Source of the DNA: an uncultured Bacteroidota bacterium
GTDB taxonomy: Bacteria; Bacteroidota; Ignavibacteria; UBA10030; UBA6906
DNA: 64,000 nucleotides
NCBI GenBank assembly: GCA_963700635.1
Contig: CAVOYH010000003.1
Coordinates: 1,216,001-1,280,000, forward strand
Direction: 5' to 3'
The notes beneath the pieces were generated by a model that worked only from the letters and a program-made list of their open reading frames with translations, was not told the DNA's origin and did not search any database. The position numbers and the translations under genes are program-made. Positions 10,238 through 19,300 of this stretch are shown in pieces; position 1 is the first letter of the stretch, and each line of letters starts with the position of its first letter.

Positions 10238-10333
10238 CTACCAGGCAGTTCCATTCCGGAAGACCGTCGCAATGAGAATCAGCACAAGCGTAAGAACCGC
10301 GACACCGGCGGCGACATAGTGTTGTTTTTTCAT
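10238..10333 (-). CDS. Small single-TM protein, 31 aa (MKKQHYVAAGVAVLTLVLILIATVFRNGTAW)
   Basis: ATG overlaps the TGA of pgi/pmi (ATGA). Basic N-terminus and an 18-residue hydrophobic run. Below the ORF-track cutoff. Confidence 0.55.
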   Translation of the reverse strand: MKKQHYVAAGVAVLTLVLILIATVFRNGTAW

Positions 10334-11409
10334 TGCACCTTTCCCAATTCAGTCTTGAGATAATTGATTACCGCGACCGGCGTCGGATCTTCACCATGCA
10401 GAAGTCCCAGATAATAACTCACCCAATCCCCCAGATAAATCAATGAAAACATCCGCGCCAACAATCCATCCCCCTCACTCCATACTTCTGTCACATGTGT
10501 TGTATATTTTTTGATGATTTCCCTTGTAATCCCCATCCGGATCTGCACACGGGCATGATCGGCGCGGTCGCGGAGGAATATCACGTGCATTTCGCGCATC
10601 TCGTTCTCCAGAACCTTCCATCCCACCAGCTCATTGTGATTCATTTCGGGCAGCACGTGACCAAAGGCGAGGGATTTACCGTTTTCGGCGATTTGTCCTC
10701 GCCAGCGGGTGTTCACGGTGTCAAATCGTTCGGTCGAGGAGTAGCAGACGACCAAACGGTTTTTCATTTTCATAGCAAGCGCAAGCGCAGGATTAGAGAC
10801 GGGGTCGGGAGAAACGTACGCATCCGCTTTGGCGGCTAATAATGAAAGCGTTTCCTTGATTTCCTTCTGCTTGTTCCTGATGAGGCCGAGTTTTGACAGC
10901 GTCAACAGGAGTGGAAAAAAGGAGTATCCGAGTGCCGCGCGCGGGGGGAGCCCGCCGGGAACCTTGATAAAAGGGGACCTGGCCTTGTGCGCCAGTGTTT
11001 CGGTAAAGCCGTTCGAGGAGATACAAACGATGCGGGCCTTCCGCTTTACTGCTTCCCGGTGTGCGGCATTGGTCTCCTCCGTGTTGCCGGAGTAGCTGGA
11101 GATAAACAGGAGAGTGTTCGGGCCCACGAATTTCGGGAGCGTGTAATGCCGGTTGACGAGGAATGGTACCGGCAGTTCATCGGCGAGGTATGATCGAAGC
11201 AGATCCCCTCCGATGGCCGATCCCCCGAGTCCGCAGACAACAATGTTTCGTATGCCAGTTGTGCGGAGGCGAACCTGGGCGTTCCGGCCGATTTCCAACG
11301 CCTCAGAAACCTGAGCGGGGAAGTCGCGGAGAAGCGAAAACATATTGGCTTTATCGATACCTGCAAGAGTCTCGGAAATCATGTTCTTCTTTCTCTTTTG
11401 GGGATACAT
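10330..11409 (-). CDS. Bifunctional phosphoglucose/phosphomannose isomerase
   Basis: GLGGSAIGG, SYSGNTEET, PRAA, ENGK and PEMNHNE motifs. Confidence 0.92.
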   Translation of the reverse strand: MYPQKRKKNMISETLAGIDKANMFSLLRDFPAQVSEALEIGRNAQVRLRTTGIRNIVVCGLGGSAIGGDLLRSYLADELPVPFLVNRHYTLPKFVGPNTLLFISSYSGNTEETNAAHREAVKRKARIVCISSNGFTETLAHKARSPFIKVPGGLPPRAALGYSFFPLLLTLSKLGLIRNKQKEIKETLSLLAAKADAYVSPDPVSNPALALAMKMKNRLVVCYSSTERFDTVNTRWRGQIAENGKSLAFGHVLPEMNHNELVGWKVLENEMREMHVIFLRDRADHARVQIRMGITREIIKKYTTHVTEVWSEGDGLLARMFSLIYLGDWVSYYLGLLHGEDPTPVAVINYLKTELGKVQ

Positions 11410-11423
11410 GGGCTGTAGTCGGG

Positions 11424-13187
11424 TTACTCTTCGAAGGGAATTTCGGGCACTTTGTTTCGTATAATGGACGACAGGTACTCACGGATTTCAGGACCACGGG
11501 TCATGCCGAGGACTTTTTCCGCCACCCGCCGGGCGTCTTTATATTTGATGGACCGGATGATCTTTTTTATCTCCGGAAGGACGTGAGGAATAACGCTGAG
11601 CTCGTCCACGCCCAGTCCGACGAGCAGAACGGTTGCGATCGGATCTCCGCCCATTTCGCCGCAGACACCCACCCAGTTCTTTTTTTTGTGCGCAGCCTCT
11701 ACGATCTGATGGATGGTGCGGATCACTGCAGGATGAAACGGTTGGTACAACGCGGCAACCGCATCGTTGCCACGGTCCACGGCCATCATGTACTGTACCA
11801 GGTCGTTTGTCCCGATACTGAGAAAGTCCACTTCCGCGGCAATCTGTTCGGCCATGAGGGCGGCGCTCGGGACTTCGATCATCACGCCGATTTTCATTTT
11901 TGCGTCAAAGGGAACGCCCTGCGTACGGAGTTCTTCCTGGGCTTGCCGGATGAAGGCCCTGGCGTGTTGTACCTCTTCGATGGTTGCGATCATGGGAAAC
12001 ATGACCCGCACATTACGTCGGACGCTCGCGCGGATAATAGCGCGCAGCTGGTCAAGAAAGATCTCAGGCCGGTCCAGCAGGACGCGGATACCGCGCCAGC
12101 CGAGGAACGGATTTTCTTCATGATGTGCACTGGGAGAAAGTTTGTCGCCCCCGACGTCGAACGTCCGGAAAATCACCGGATGGGGGAAAGCGGCATCTGC
12201 GACCTGCGTGTACACCTGAGTCTGCTCCTCTTCGCTGGGATATTCCGCCCGCCCGATCAGCAGACTTTCGGTACGGAACAAGCCAACCCCCTCCGATCCC
12301 TGGACTTTTGCAAACTCGATCTCATCGGGTAATTCGATATTGGAAGAAAGTTCGATGTGTTTACGGTCGAGGGTTTCTGCCGGCAATCCGGCGATACCCG
12401 CGAGTTTCTCTTCAAAGGCCCTGAACCGGCCGGCCTTAGCGTCGAGGGCCTGCAGTGTCGCCCCGGAGGGATTGATGATGAGTAGGCCGGCGTAGCCATC
12501 GATGGCGACCGTATCGCCCGTTTTGACCACACGCGTTGCGTTTCTGAGTCCGACCACAGCCGGGATCTTGAGGGTTCTGGAGAGCAGGGCAGCATGTGAT
12601 GTTACACCGCCCAGATCGGTGGCATACCCGAGAACGTTGTTCCTGCTGAATATTACGGTGTCTGCGGGGGCCAGCTTCTCCGAAATGATGATTGATGCAC
12701 CTTCCAGACGGGAAAAAAGTTTCTGATCCTGGATATTACGAATGATTCTGTTCATCACGTCGTCCACGTCATGCGCGCGTTCGTGCATGTATTCATTCGT
12801 GGAGGCCATCATCAACTGTTTGTACTTGCTGATCTCATCGGACACGACATATTCGGCGTTCCGGAGTTCGTCAACAATCCTGCGTTCTATGGTGCCCATG
12901 AGGATGGTATCACCGAGGATCATGATCTGCGCTTCAAAAATCGTCGCACTGTCAGAACCAAGTTTTTGTTCGGCGAAGGCATGAACTTTCCGGAGTTCCT
13001 TTTCCGCACGGGCGTTTGCGTTGCGAAGGCGTTCGATTTCGGCGGGGACGTCCTCGGGAGTGATGATGCGTGCATGGACTTCCGGTATCAGTTTGGAATA
13101 GAGATAGGCGGAGCCCGTCGCGATGCCGGGGGCGGCCGCGACACCCTTGATAATAAATTCATTGTGCGTGTCAGCTTCTTGCGTCAT
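11424..13187 (-). CDS. ptsI: PTS enzyme I (PEP-protein phosphotransferase)
   Basis: GGVTSHAALLSR phospho-His motif, GLFRTE, ENPFLGWRGIR, SIGTNDL, CGEM. Confidence 0.95.
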   Translation of the reverse strand: MTQEADTHNEFIIKGVAAAPGIATGSAYLYSKLIPEVHARIITPEDVPAEIERLRNANARAEKELRKVHAFAEQKLGSDSATIFEAQIMILGDTILMGTIERRIVDELRNAEYVVSDEISKYKQLMMASTNEYMHERAHDVDDVMNRIIRNIQDQKLFSRLEGASIIISEKLAPADTVIFSRNNVLGYATDLGGVTSHAALLSRTLKIPAVVGLRNATRVVKTGDTVAIDGYAGLLIINPSGATLQALDAKAGRFRAFEEKLAGIAGLPAETLDRKHIELSSNIELPDEIEFAKVQGSEGVGLFRTESLLIGRAEYPSEEEQTQVYTQVADAAFPHPVIFRTFDVGGDKLSPSAHHEENPFLGWRGIRVLLDRPEIFLDQLRAIIRASVRRNVRVMFPMIATIEEVQHARAFIRQAQEELRTQGVPFDAKMKIGVMIEVPSAALMAEQIAAEVDFLSIGTNDLVQYMMAVDRGNDAVAALYQPFHPAVIRTIHQIVEAAHKKKNWVGVCGEMGGDPIATVLLVGLGVDELSVIPHVLPEIKKIIRSIKYKDARRVAEKVLGMTRGPEIREYLSSIIRNKVPEIPFEE

Positions 13188-13188
13188 A

Positions 13189-13455
13189 TCAGTTCTCCCC
13201 GAACCCCTGTTCGAACAGTTCCACCAATGCCGTGGCCGCCTGCTCTTCATCGGGACCGTTGAAGATCAGTTTCATTGACGACCCCTGTTCGGCGGCGAGC
13301 GTCATGACTCCGATGATGCTCTTCCCGTTGATTTCAAAGATTCCCTTTTTGATGAAGAAGTCAGCTTTAAACCGGGAAGCGGTCTTTACAATCGCAGCCG
13401 CGGGACGTGTGTGCAGGCCTGCTTTGTTCACTATGGTGACAGTGCGTTCGACCAT
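13189..13455 (-). CDS. ptsH: Phosphocarrier protein HPr
   Basis: GLHTRPAA (His15) and NGKSIIGVMTL (Ser46). Confidence 0.96.
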   Translation of the reverse strand: MVERTVTIVNKAGLHTRPAAAIVKTASRFKADFFIKKGIFEINGKSIIGVMTLAAEQGSSMKLIFNGPDEEQAATALVELFEQGFGEN

Positions 13456-13462
13456 GCGCTGC

Positions 13463-14479
13463 TCAGGAAACCCTGTGGATTAATTTCTGTGCCAGCCAGG
13501 ACAGCATCTCTTGCGCCGCGGTTGGCGGGAGCGCGCGAAGAGCCTGGGTTGCCCGCCGGGTATTGTGCTGCACCGCGGTGCGTGTGTCGTTGATGACGCC
13601 ATAGACATCGTACAATGATCGTACGGTGGCCACAAGCTGCCGGCGTTGTGCAGGGGATTCCGGACGTGTCGGAGGTCTTGTTTTCCGCTTGAGAACCCGT
13701 TCGAGCAGGACCCTGTCGGACTTTCGTGCACGCTCCATCGCCGTGAGCAGGAGGTACGTACGTTTGCCTTCCAGAATATCCCCCCCGATCTTCTTCCCGA
13801 AATACTTCTCTTCGCCGATGACATCCAGAAGATCATCCTGCAACTGGAATGCCCGGCCGAGATACCGGCCGAATGTGCGCAGCCCTTTCACCTCGGCCGG
13901 GGATCCGCCTCCGATCCTGGCGCCGAGTTCCGTTGCCACCGTGATCAGCCGGCCGGTTTTCTGCTCGATCATGGCAAAATAATCGGCCACCGTGATGTCT
14001 TCCCGCCGTTCAAATTCAAGATCGAGGGCCTGCCCCTCGCACACGTTGATGACACTCTCCGTGAACAGCTGGAGAAGAAACTTCTGGTTTTCTGCTGCAG
14101 TCTTGAGCAGACGATCATAGGCGACGGCGAGCAGCGTGTCACCCGTAAGCAGAGCTGTGTTCAGATCCCATCGGACATGCACCGTAGCCCGCCCCCTCCG
14201 CGTCCGGGCGTGATCCATGATGTCATCGTGGACCAATGTGAAGTTGTGCATAATTTCGACGGCGGCACCTGCCGGCAGTGCCTTTGTTACTGACCCGCCC
14301 ACCGCCTCGCTTGAAAGGAGCACCAGAATGGCACGCAGGCGCTTTCCCCCTCCGGTGAGAACATACGCACACGCTTTGCGGAGTTGCCGGGGGGGCCCCG
14401 GGGTGATGATCGCCGCCAGATGGCGGTCTACCCGGCGACGCAACCGTTCATACCGGGGATAAAAATGGTTCTTGGTCAC
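13463..14479 (-). CDS. Polyprenyl (geranylgeranyl-type) diphosphate synthase
   Basis: GGKRLR, first aspartate-rich motif FTLVHDDIMD, GQALD, KT, FQLQDDLLD. GTG start overlaps the fni stop. Confidence 0.92.
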   Translation of the reverse strand: MTKNHFYPRYERLRRRVDRHLAAIITPGPPRQLRKACAYVLTGGGKRLRAILVLLSSEAVGGSVTKALPAGAAVEIMHNFTLVHDDIMDHARTRRGRATVHVRWDLNTALLTGDTLLAVAYDRLLKTAAENQKFLLQLFTESVINVCEGQALDLEFERREDITVADYFAMIEQKTGRLITVATELGARIGGGSPAEVKGLRTFGRYLGRAFQLQDDLLDVIGEEKYFGKKIGGDILEGKRTYLLLTAMERARKSDRVLLERVLKRKTRPPTRPESPAQRRQLVATVRSLYDVYGVINDTRTAVQHNTRRATQALRALPPTAAQEMLSWLAQKLIHRVS

Positions 14480-15531
14480 GAGGCGCTCCTCCTGAGGAGG
14501 GGTTTTGTCTGAAGGTCGGCAATCGTGCGCGCGCCTGTAAGGAACATCACGCTCCGGAGTTCCCCGGTCCATTGCTGAATCAATCGCAAAAGGTTTGTTT
14601 TTCCGCCGGCATTAAGCGCGCTCAACATCGGTCGCGCCGAAGATGCAAGATCTGCTCCGAGCGCGATACTTCGCGCAACATCCAATCCGGAACTGATTCC
14701 GCCCGATGCGATGAGGGTGAACGGTGGCGCGCCGGGCCGCAACGACGCAGCGTCCCGCACGGCCGTTGCTGTCGGAATCCCCCAGTCCCAGAACAGCTCC
14801 CGGCGCTCCGGTTTACGCCGGCGGAGTATCTCCACGCCCGCCCAGCTTGTTCCCCCGGCTCCTGCCACATCCACGTACCGGACGCCGGCTTCGAGCAGTT
14901 GCCGGACAACGTCACGGGAAAGCCCCGCGCCCACCTCTTTGACAATCACCGGAATGGGGAGCTCGCGCACCATACGTGTTATCCCATTCAGGACGCCGCG
15001 GAACCGGGGTGTGCCTTCCGGTTGGAGAAGTTCCTGGAGGGGGTTGAGATGGATGGCCATGGCGTCCGCCCTGGTGAGGGCGATGAGGCGCAGCATCGCA
15101 CCGGCGTCTTTCATGGAGGCTACCTCCGCAGCACCGATATTGCCGATGATGGGGATGCCCGGCGCAACGTCGCGTACCACCGAAAACGTCTTGTGGTAGG
15201 TTGTATCTTCGAGGGCCTGTCGTTGACTCCCGACTCCCATGGCGATCCCTGTCTGTTCACACACGGCGGCGAGTTCACGATTGATACGTCCTGCCCCTGC
15301 GTACCCGCCGGTCATACAGGAGACCATGAGGGGAGCTCTGAGCACGTGTCCGAGAAATTCTGTGGAACAATCAATGTCTGCGAAGTCGAGCTCCGGGAGG
15401 GCGTTGTGCACGAACTCCCACTCCTCGAGGCCTGTTGATTTTGACCGAAAAGTCACGTTCTTCTTCAGGACGAGGTCCACATGCTGAGCCTTGCGGGCAA
15501 TGGTACTACGGGGAGGGGATCGTTTGGGCAT
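14476..15531 (-). CDS. fni: Type 2 isopentenyl-diphosphate delta-isomerase
   Basis: RKAQH, MTGG, GVGSQR, HLNPLQE, KEVGAG and AGAGGTSW motifs. Confidence 0.95.
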   Translation of the reverse strand: MPKRSPPRSTIARKAQHVDLVLKKNVTFRSKSTGLEEWEFVHNALPELDFADIDCSTEFLGHVLRAPLMVSCMTGGYAGAGRINRELAAVCEQTGIAMGVGSQRQALEDTTYHKTFSVVRDVAPGIPIIGNIGAAEVASMKDAGAMLRLIALTRADAMAIHLNPLQELLQPEGTPRFRGVLNGITRMVRELPIPVIVKEVGAGLSRDVVRQLLEAGVRYVDVAGAGGTSWAGVEILRRRKPERRELFWDWGIPTATAVRDAASLRPGAPPFTLIASGGISSGLDVARSIALGADLASSARPMLSALNAGGKTNLLRLIQQWTGELRSVMFLTGARTIADLQTKPLLRRSAS

Positions 15532-15690
15532 GCAGGTCGGTGGCGTTGTGCTCCGGTTGCTTGTCCGCAACATACACAATTCGCGAGCGAATTTCAATCC
15601 CGTGATGCGGGTCACAGGGCTCACACAGTGTGTTGCTTCTCTCTCGGGAGTTGTGTACCATGTACTGATTTTTGAACCGGAATCCCTTAT

Positions 15691-16668
15691 ATGCATGCGA
15701 TTATACCGGTTGCGGGCATCGGCACGCGCCTCCGACCGCATACTTTTACGCACCCCAAAGTCCTGCTAAACGTTGCCGGGAAACCAATTCTCGCGCACAT
15801 ACTGGACAAGCTGATCGGAGAGGGTGTGACATCGGCGACCATCGTTGTTGGTCACATGAGCGAGAGGATCATCGAATACGTGCAGGCCTCTTATCCGGGA
15901 CTGCCGGTTGACTTTGTGGAACAGGACATGCCGCTTGGTCTCGGCCATGCGATCTACACAGCACGCGGAGCATTAAAGGACAAACCTGTACTCATCATCC
16001 TGGGCGACACGATTTTTGAGGTGGATCTCCGGCCGGTATTAAAGAAGCCCGTCACGGCTCTCGGCGTGAAAACCGTTGAGGATCCGCGCCGGTTCGGGGT
16101 TGCGGAGATGGTTGACGGCACCATCACCCGCCTGATTGAAAAACCCGAACGTCCCACAAGTAACCTGGCCGTGGTCGGGTTGTATCATATCCACAATACC
16201 CCGCTGCTGCGCTCCTGTCTGGAGGAGGTCGTCTCCCGAGATATCCGGACGAAGGGGGAATACCAGCTGACGGATGTTCTGCAGATGATGATTGATCGCG
16301 GCGAGCGGATGGAGACATTTCCCGTTGAGGGGTGGTATGATTGCGGAAAACCTGAGACATTGCTCTCCACGAATCAGGCGTTGCTGGAGAAGCAGTCCAC
16401 CTTCCGCCCCATGGAAAGTGTGGTCATTGCCGAGCCGGTGTTCATCGCGCCCACCGCCGTTCTCTGTAATTGTGTGATCGGCCCGAATACTACCGTTGGG
16501 GACGGCGCGGAAATCAGTGAGGCCGTCATCCGGAACTCCATCATCGGATCCCAGTCCCGCGTAAGCCGTGTGCTTCTGGAGAATTCCATCATCGGCAACG
16601 GGGCTCTGGTCAGAGGGAGTTTTAAGCGGTTTAATGTCGGTGATGCATCAGAACTTGAATTTGAATAA
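15691..16668 (+). CDS. Sugar-phosphate nucleotidyltransferase (glucose-1-phosphate thymidylyltransferase-like) with C-terminal beta-helix
   Basis: AGIGTRLRP, PKVL, LGLGHA, EKP, GEYQLTD, WYDCG, followed by hexapeptide-like repeats. Confidence 0.88.
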   Translation: MHAIIPVAGIGTRLRPHTFTHPKVLLNVAGKPILAHILDKLIGEGVTSATIVVGHMSERIIEYVQASYPGLPVDFVEQDMPLGLGHAIYTARGALKDKPVLIILGDTIFEVDLRPVLKKPVTALGVKTVEDPRRFGVAEMVDGTITRLIEKPERPTSNLAVVGLYHIHNTPLLRSCLEEVVSRDIRTKGEYQLTDVLQMMIDRGERMETFPVEGWYDCGKPETLLSTNQALLEKQSTFRPMESVVIAEPVFIAPTAVLCNCVIGPNTTVGDGAEISEAVIRNSIIGSQSRVSRVLLENSIIGNGALVRGSFKRFNVGDASELEFE

Positions 16669-16705
16669 CACAATCATCACGATCCGTTCACAATTGAGGT
16701 AAGTC

Positions 16706-17848
16706 ATGTCTTATCTGTTCACGTCCGAGTCCGTCTCCGAGGGGCACCCTGACAAGGTGTGCGACCAGATATCCGATGCAGTGCTGGACGCAATCCTGGA
16801 TCAAGACAAACGTTCTCGTGTAGCCTGCGAGAGTTTTGTGACGACAGGACTGGCCTTCGTCGGCGGCGAAATTACGACCGATGCCTATATTGAAGTACAG
16901 GACGTGGTCCGCAAGGTGATCCGGGAGATCGGGTATACAAAGGCGGACTATCGCTTCGATGCGGAATCGTGCTCCGTTATCTCGAGCATTCACTCGCAAT
17001 CGGCGGATATTGCCCGGGGTGTGGACACCGGCGGTGCGGGCGATCAGGGTATGATGTTCGGGTACGCTTCGAACGAGACCCCCGAATACATGCCGATGCC
17101 GATCATGTACGCACACAAACTCGTGAAGCGGTTGTCCGACATCCGGAAGAAGGAACTAAAACTGATGCCGTATCTGCGTCCGGATGCCAAGTCGCAGGTT
17201 ACGGTGGAATATCATGGCCGGAAGCCGGTACGTGTGCACACCATCGTGATTTCCACACAGCATGACCCGGGTGTTACCCAGAAGCAGATCCGCGAAGATG
17301 TTATTAAGCACGTAATCCGGAAGGTGCTTCCGGCGGAGATGGTGGACAGGAGCACGGTGATTCATGTCAATCCGACCGGTCGTTTTGAAATCGGCGGACC
17401 GCACGGCGACACGGGTCTCACCGGCAGAAAGATCATTGTGGATACATACGGTGGCCGGGCGCCTCACGGTGGGGGTGCCTTTTCCGGAAAAGACCCCTCA
17501 AAAGTTGACCGGAGCGCGGCGTACGCCACGCGGCACCTTGCCAAGAACCTCGTGGCGTCAGGTCTGGCGGATGAATGTCTGATCCAGGTCGCCTATGCGA
17601 TCGGCGTCGCAGACCCGGTTTCCATTCATGTGAATACATACGGTACGGGCAGGATTCCGGACATGGAGCTTGAAAAAGTTATCATCAAGGAAGTTGACAT
17701 GACGCCGCGCGGCATCATTAAACGCCTTAATCTCCTGCGTCCGATCTACAGAAAGACCGCGGCGTACGGACATTTCGGAAGAAACGAGAAGGATTTCACC
17801 TGGGAGAAACTGGACCTGGTGAATACCATACTCAAGGCGATCAAATAA
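16706..17848 (+). CDS. metK: S-adenosylmethionine synthetase
   Basis: [28 protein letters not shown]. Confidence 0.98.
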   Translation: MSYLFTSESVSEGHPDKVCDQISDAVLDAILDQDKRSRVACESFVTTGLAFVGGEITTDAYIEVQDVVRKVIREIGYTKADYRFDAESCSVISSIHSQSADIARGVDTGGAGDQGMMFGYASNETPEYMPMPIMYAHKLVKRLSDIRKKELKLMPYLRPDAKSQVTVEYHGRKPVRVHTIVISTQHDPGVTQKQIREDVIKHVIRKVLPAEMVDRSTVIHVNPTGRFEIGGPHGDTGLTGRKIIVDTYGGRAPHGGGAFSGKDPSKVDRSAAYATRHLAKNLVASGLADECLIQVAYAIGVADPVSIHVNTYGTGRIPDMELEKVIIKEVDMTPRGIIKRLNLLRPIYRKTAAYGHFGRNEKDFTWEKLDLVNTILKAIK

Positions 17849-17894
17849 CGGGAATATCCCGGAACACATTGTTCACAAGAAGGTACAGGATCAC

Positions 17895-19175
17895 ATGGAT
17901 CAGAAAGTTGGCAAATTCAAAGTACGCGATCTGAAAATGGCAAAAGAAGGATCCCGGCTCGTCGAGTGGGCCGAGTCCCGCATGCCCGTCCTCATGGCGC
18001 TTAAGGAAAAGTACAAAAAAACAAAACCCTTCAAGGGCTACCGGATTGCCGGATGTCTGCATGTCACAAAAGAAACTGCGGTTCTGGTGGACACGTTCGT
18101 TGCCGCAGGTGCAGAAGTCAGCTGGAGCGGCTGCAATCCTCTCTCCACGAATGACGCAGTGGCTGCCGCCCTGGCTGCCAGGGGAGTTTCGATATTCGCC
18201 TGGCACGGGATGAACGTCAAGGAGTTCTACTGGTGTATCGATCAAACACTCAAGTTCCATCCCAACCTTACGCTGGATGACGGTGCGGACCTGATCTTCA
18301 CGATCCACAAAGACCATCCCGAATTCGCACAGAAGTATGTCATCGGCGGGACGGAAGAAACCACCACCGGCGTGCACCGGCTCCGCGCGATGGCTGCGGA
18401 TGGTGCGTTGCGATATCCGGTCATTGCTGTGAACGATGCCGAGACAAAATGGGATTTTGACAATGTGTACGGAACGGGCCAGTCGACGCTCGACGGCATC
18501 TTGCGCGCAACGAGCGTCCTGTTCGCGGGGAAGAACGTCGTCGTGGCCGGGTACGGTCATTGCGGACGCGGTGTTGCGCTACGCGCAAAGGGACTCGGTG
18601 CCAATGTGATCGTCACTGAGGTGAAACCTACCGCGGCGCTGAAAGCGACGCTGGAAGGGTACCGGGTGATGAAGATGGATGATGCAGCAAAGATCGGCGA
18701 CATTTTTGTGACCGCTACGGGCGTCAAAGATGTGATTGTCAAGCGGCACTTCCAGTCCATGAAAGACGGTGCGATCGTCTCTAATACGGGCCATTATGAT
18801 TGCGAAATAAACATCCCCGATCTGGCTGCCGTGACCAGGGGAAAGCGGGAGATCCGGGAGAACAATGAAGAGTACGTGACCAGAAACGGCCGGAGGATTT
18901 ATCTTCTTGCGCAGGGGCGGCTGGTGAACCTCGCGGCGGCGGAGGGTCATCCATCGGAAGTCATGGACATGTCGTTTGCGAATCAGTTTATGTCGCAACT
19001 CCGGTTGGCCGAGCTTCATAAGAAGGGTGTGCGCCTGGAGAATACGGTGCACGATATCCCCGAGGAGCAGGACCAGGAAATTGCCCGCGTAAAGCTCGGG
19101 ACGAATGGCATCAAGATTGACAAACTGACTCCTGCGCAAATCAAGTATAACGAAGATTACAGTGCGGGGACCTGA
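17895..19175 (+). CDS. ahcY: Adenosylhomocysteinase
   Basis: CNPLST, LDDGAD, EETTTGV, KWDFDNVYGTGQS, GRLVNL...GHP. Confidence 0.98.
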   Translation: MDQKVGKFKVRDLKMAKEGSRLVEWAESRMPVLMALKEKYKKTKPFKGYRIAGCLHVTKETAVLVDTFVAAGAEVSWSGCNPLSTNDAVAAALAARGVSIFAWHGMNVKEFYWCIDQTLKFHPNLTLDDGADLIFTIHKDHPEFAQKYVIGGTEETTTGVHRLRAMAADGALRYPVIAVNDAETKWDFDNVYGTGQSTLDGILRATSVLFAGKNVVVAGYGHCGRGVALRAKGLGANVIVTEVKPTAALKATLEGYRVMKMDDAAKIGDIFVTATGVKDVIVKRHFQSMKDGAIVSNTGHYDCEINIPDLAAVTRGKREIRENNEEYVTRNGRRIYLLAQGRLVNLAAAEGHPSEVMDMSFANQFMSQLRLAELHKKGVRLENTVHDIPEEQDQEIARVKLGTNGIKIDKLTPAQIKYNEDYSAGT

Positions 19176-19202
19176 TCTTCGTATGAAGCGAAGGTAAGAC
19201 AC

Positions 19203-19238
19203 AACGGCGGGTTGCACATGCAATCCGCCGTTTGTTTT
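19203..19238 (+). terminator. Intrinsic terminator after ahcY
   Basis: AACGGCGGGTTGCA...TGCAATCCGCCGTT stem followed by TGTTTT. Confidence 0.8.
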
Positions 19239-19265
19239 GGTGCTCCGGTGGTGCCCCCCCCTGCC

Positions 19266-19294
19266 TTGAACCTCACTCCATTTCTTGGTATTAT
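19266..19294 (+). promoter_or_regulatory. Sigma70-type promoter for the kinase/activator pair
   Basis: TTGAAC-N17-TATTAT with a TG extension; ATG follows after a 6-nt gap. Confidence 0.65.
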
Positions 19295-19300
19295 GAACCG

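Noticed and set aside
11163-12332. 389-aa plus-strand ORF
   Set aside because: Antisense shadow of ptsI and pgi/pmi with no recognisable motifs.
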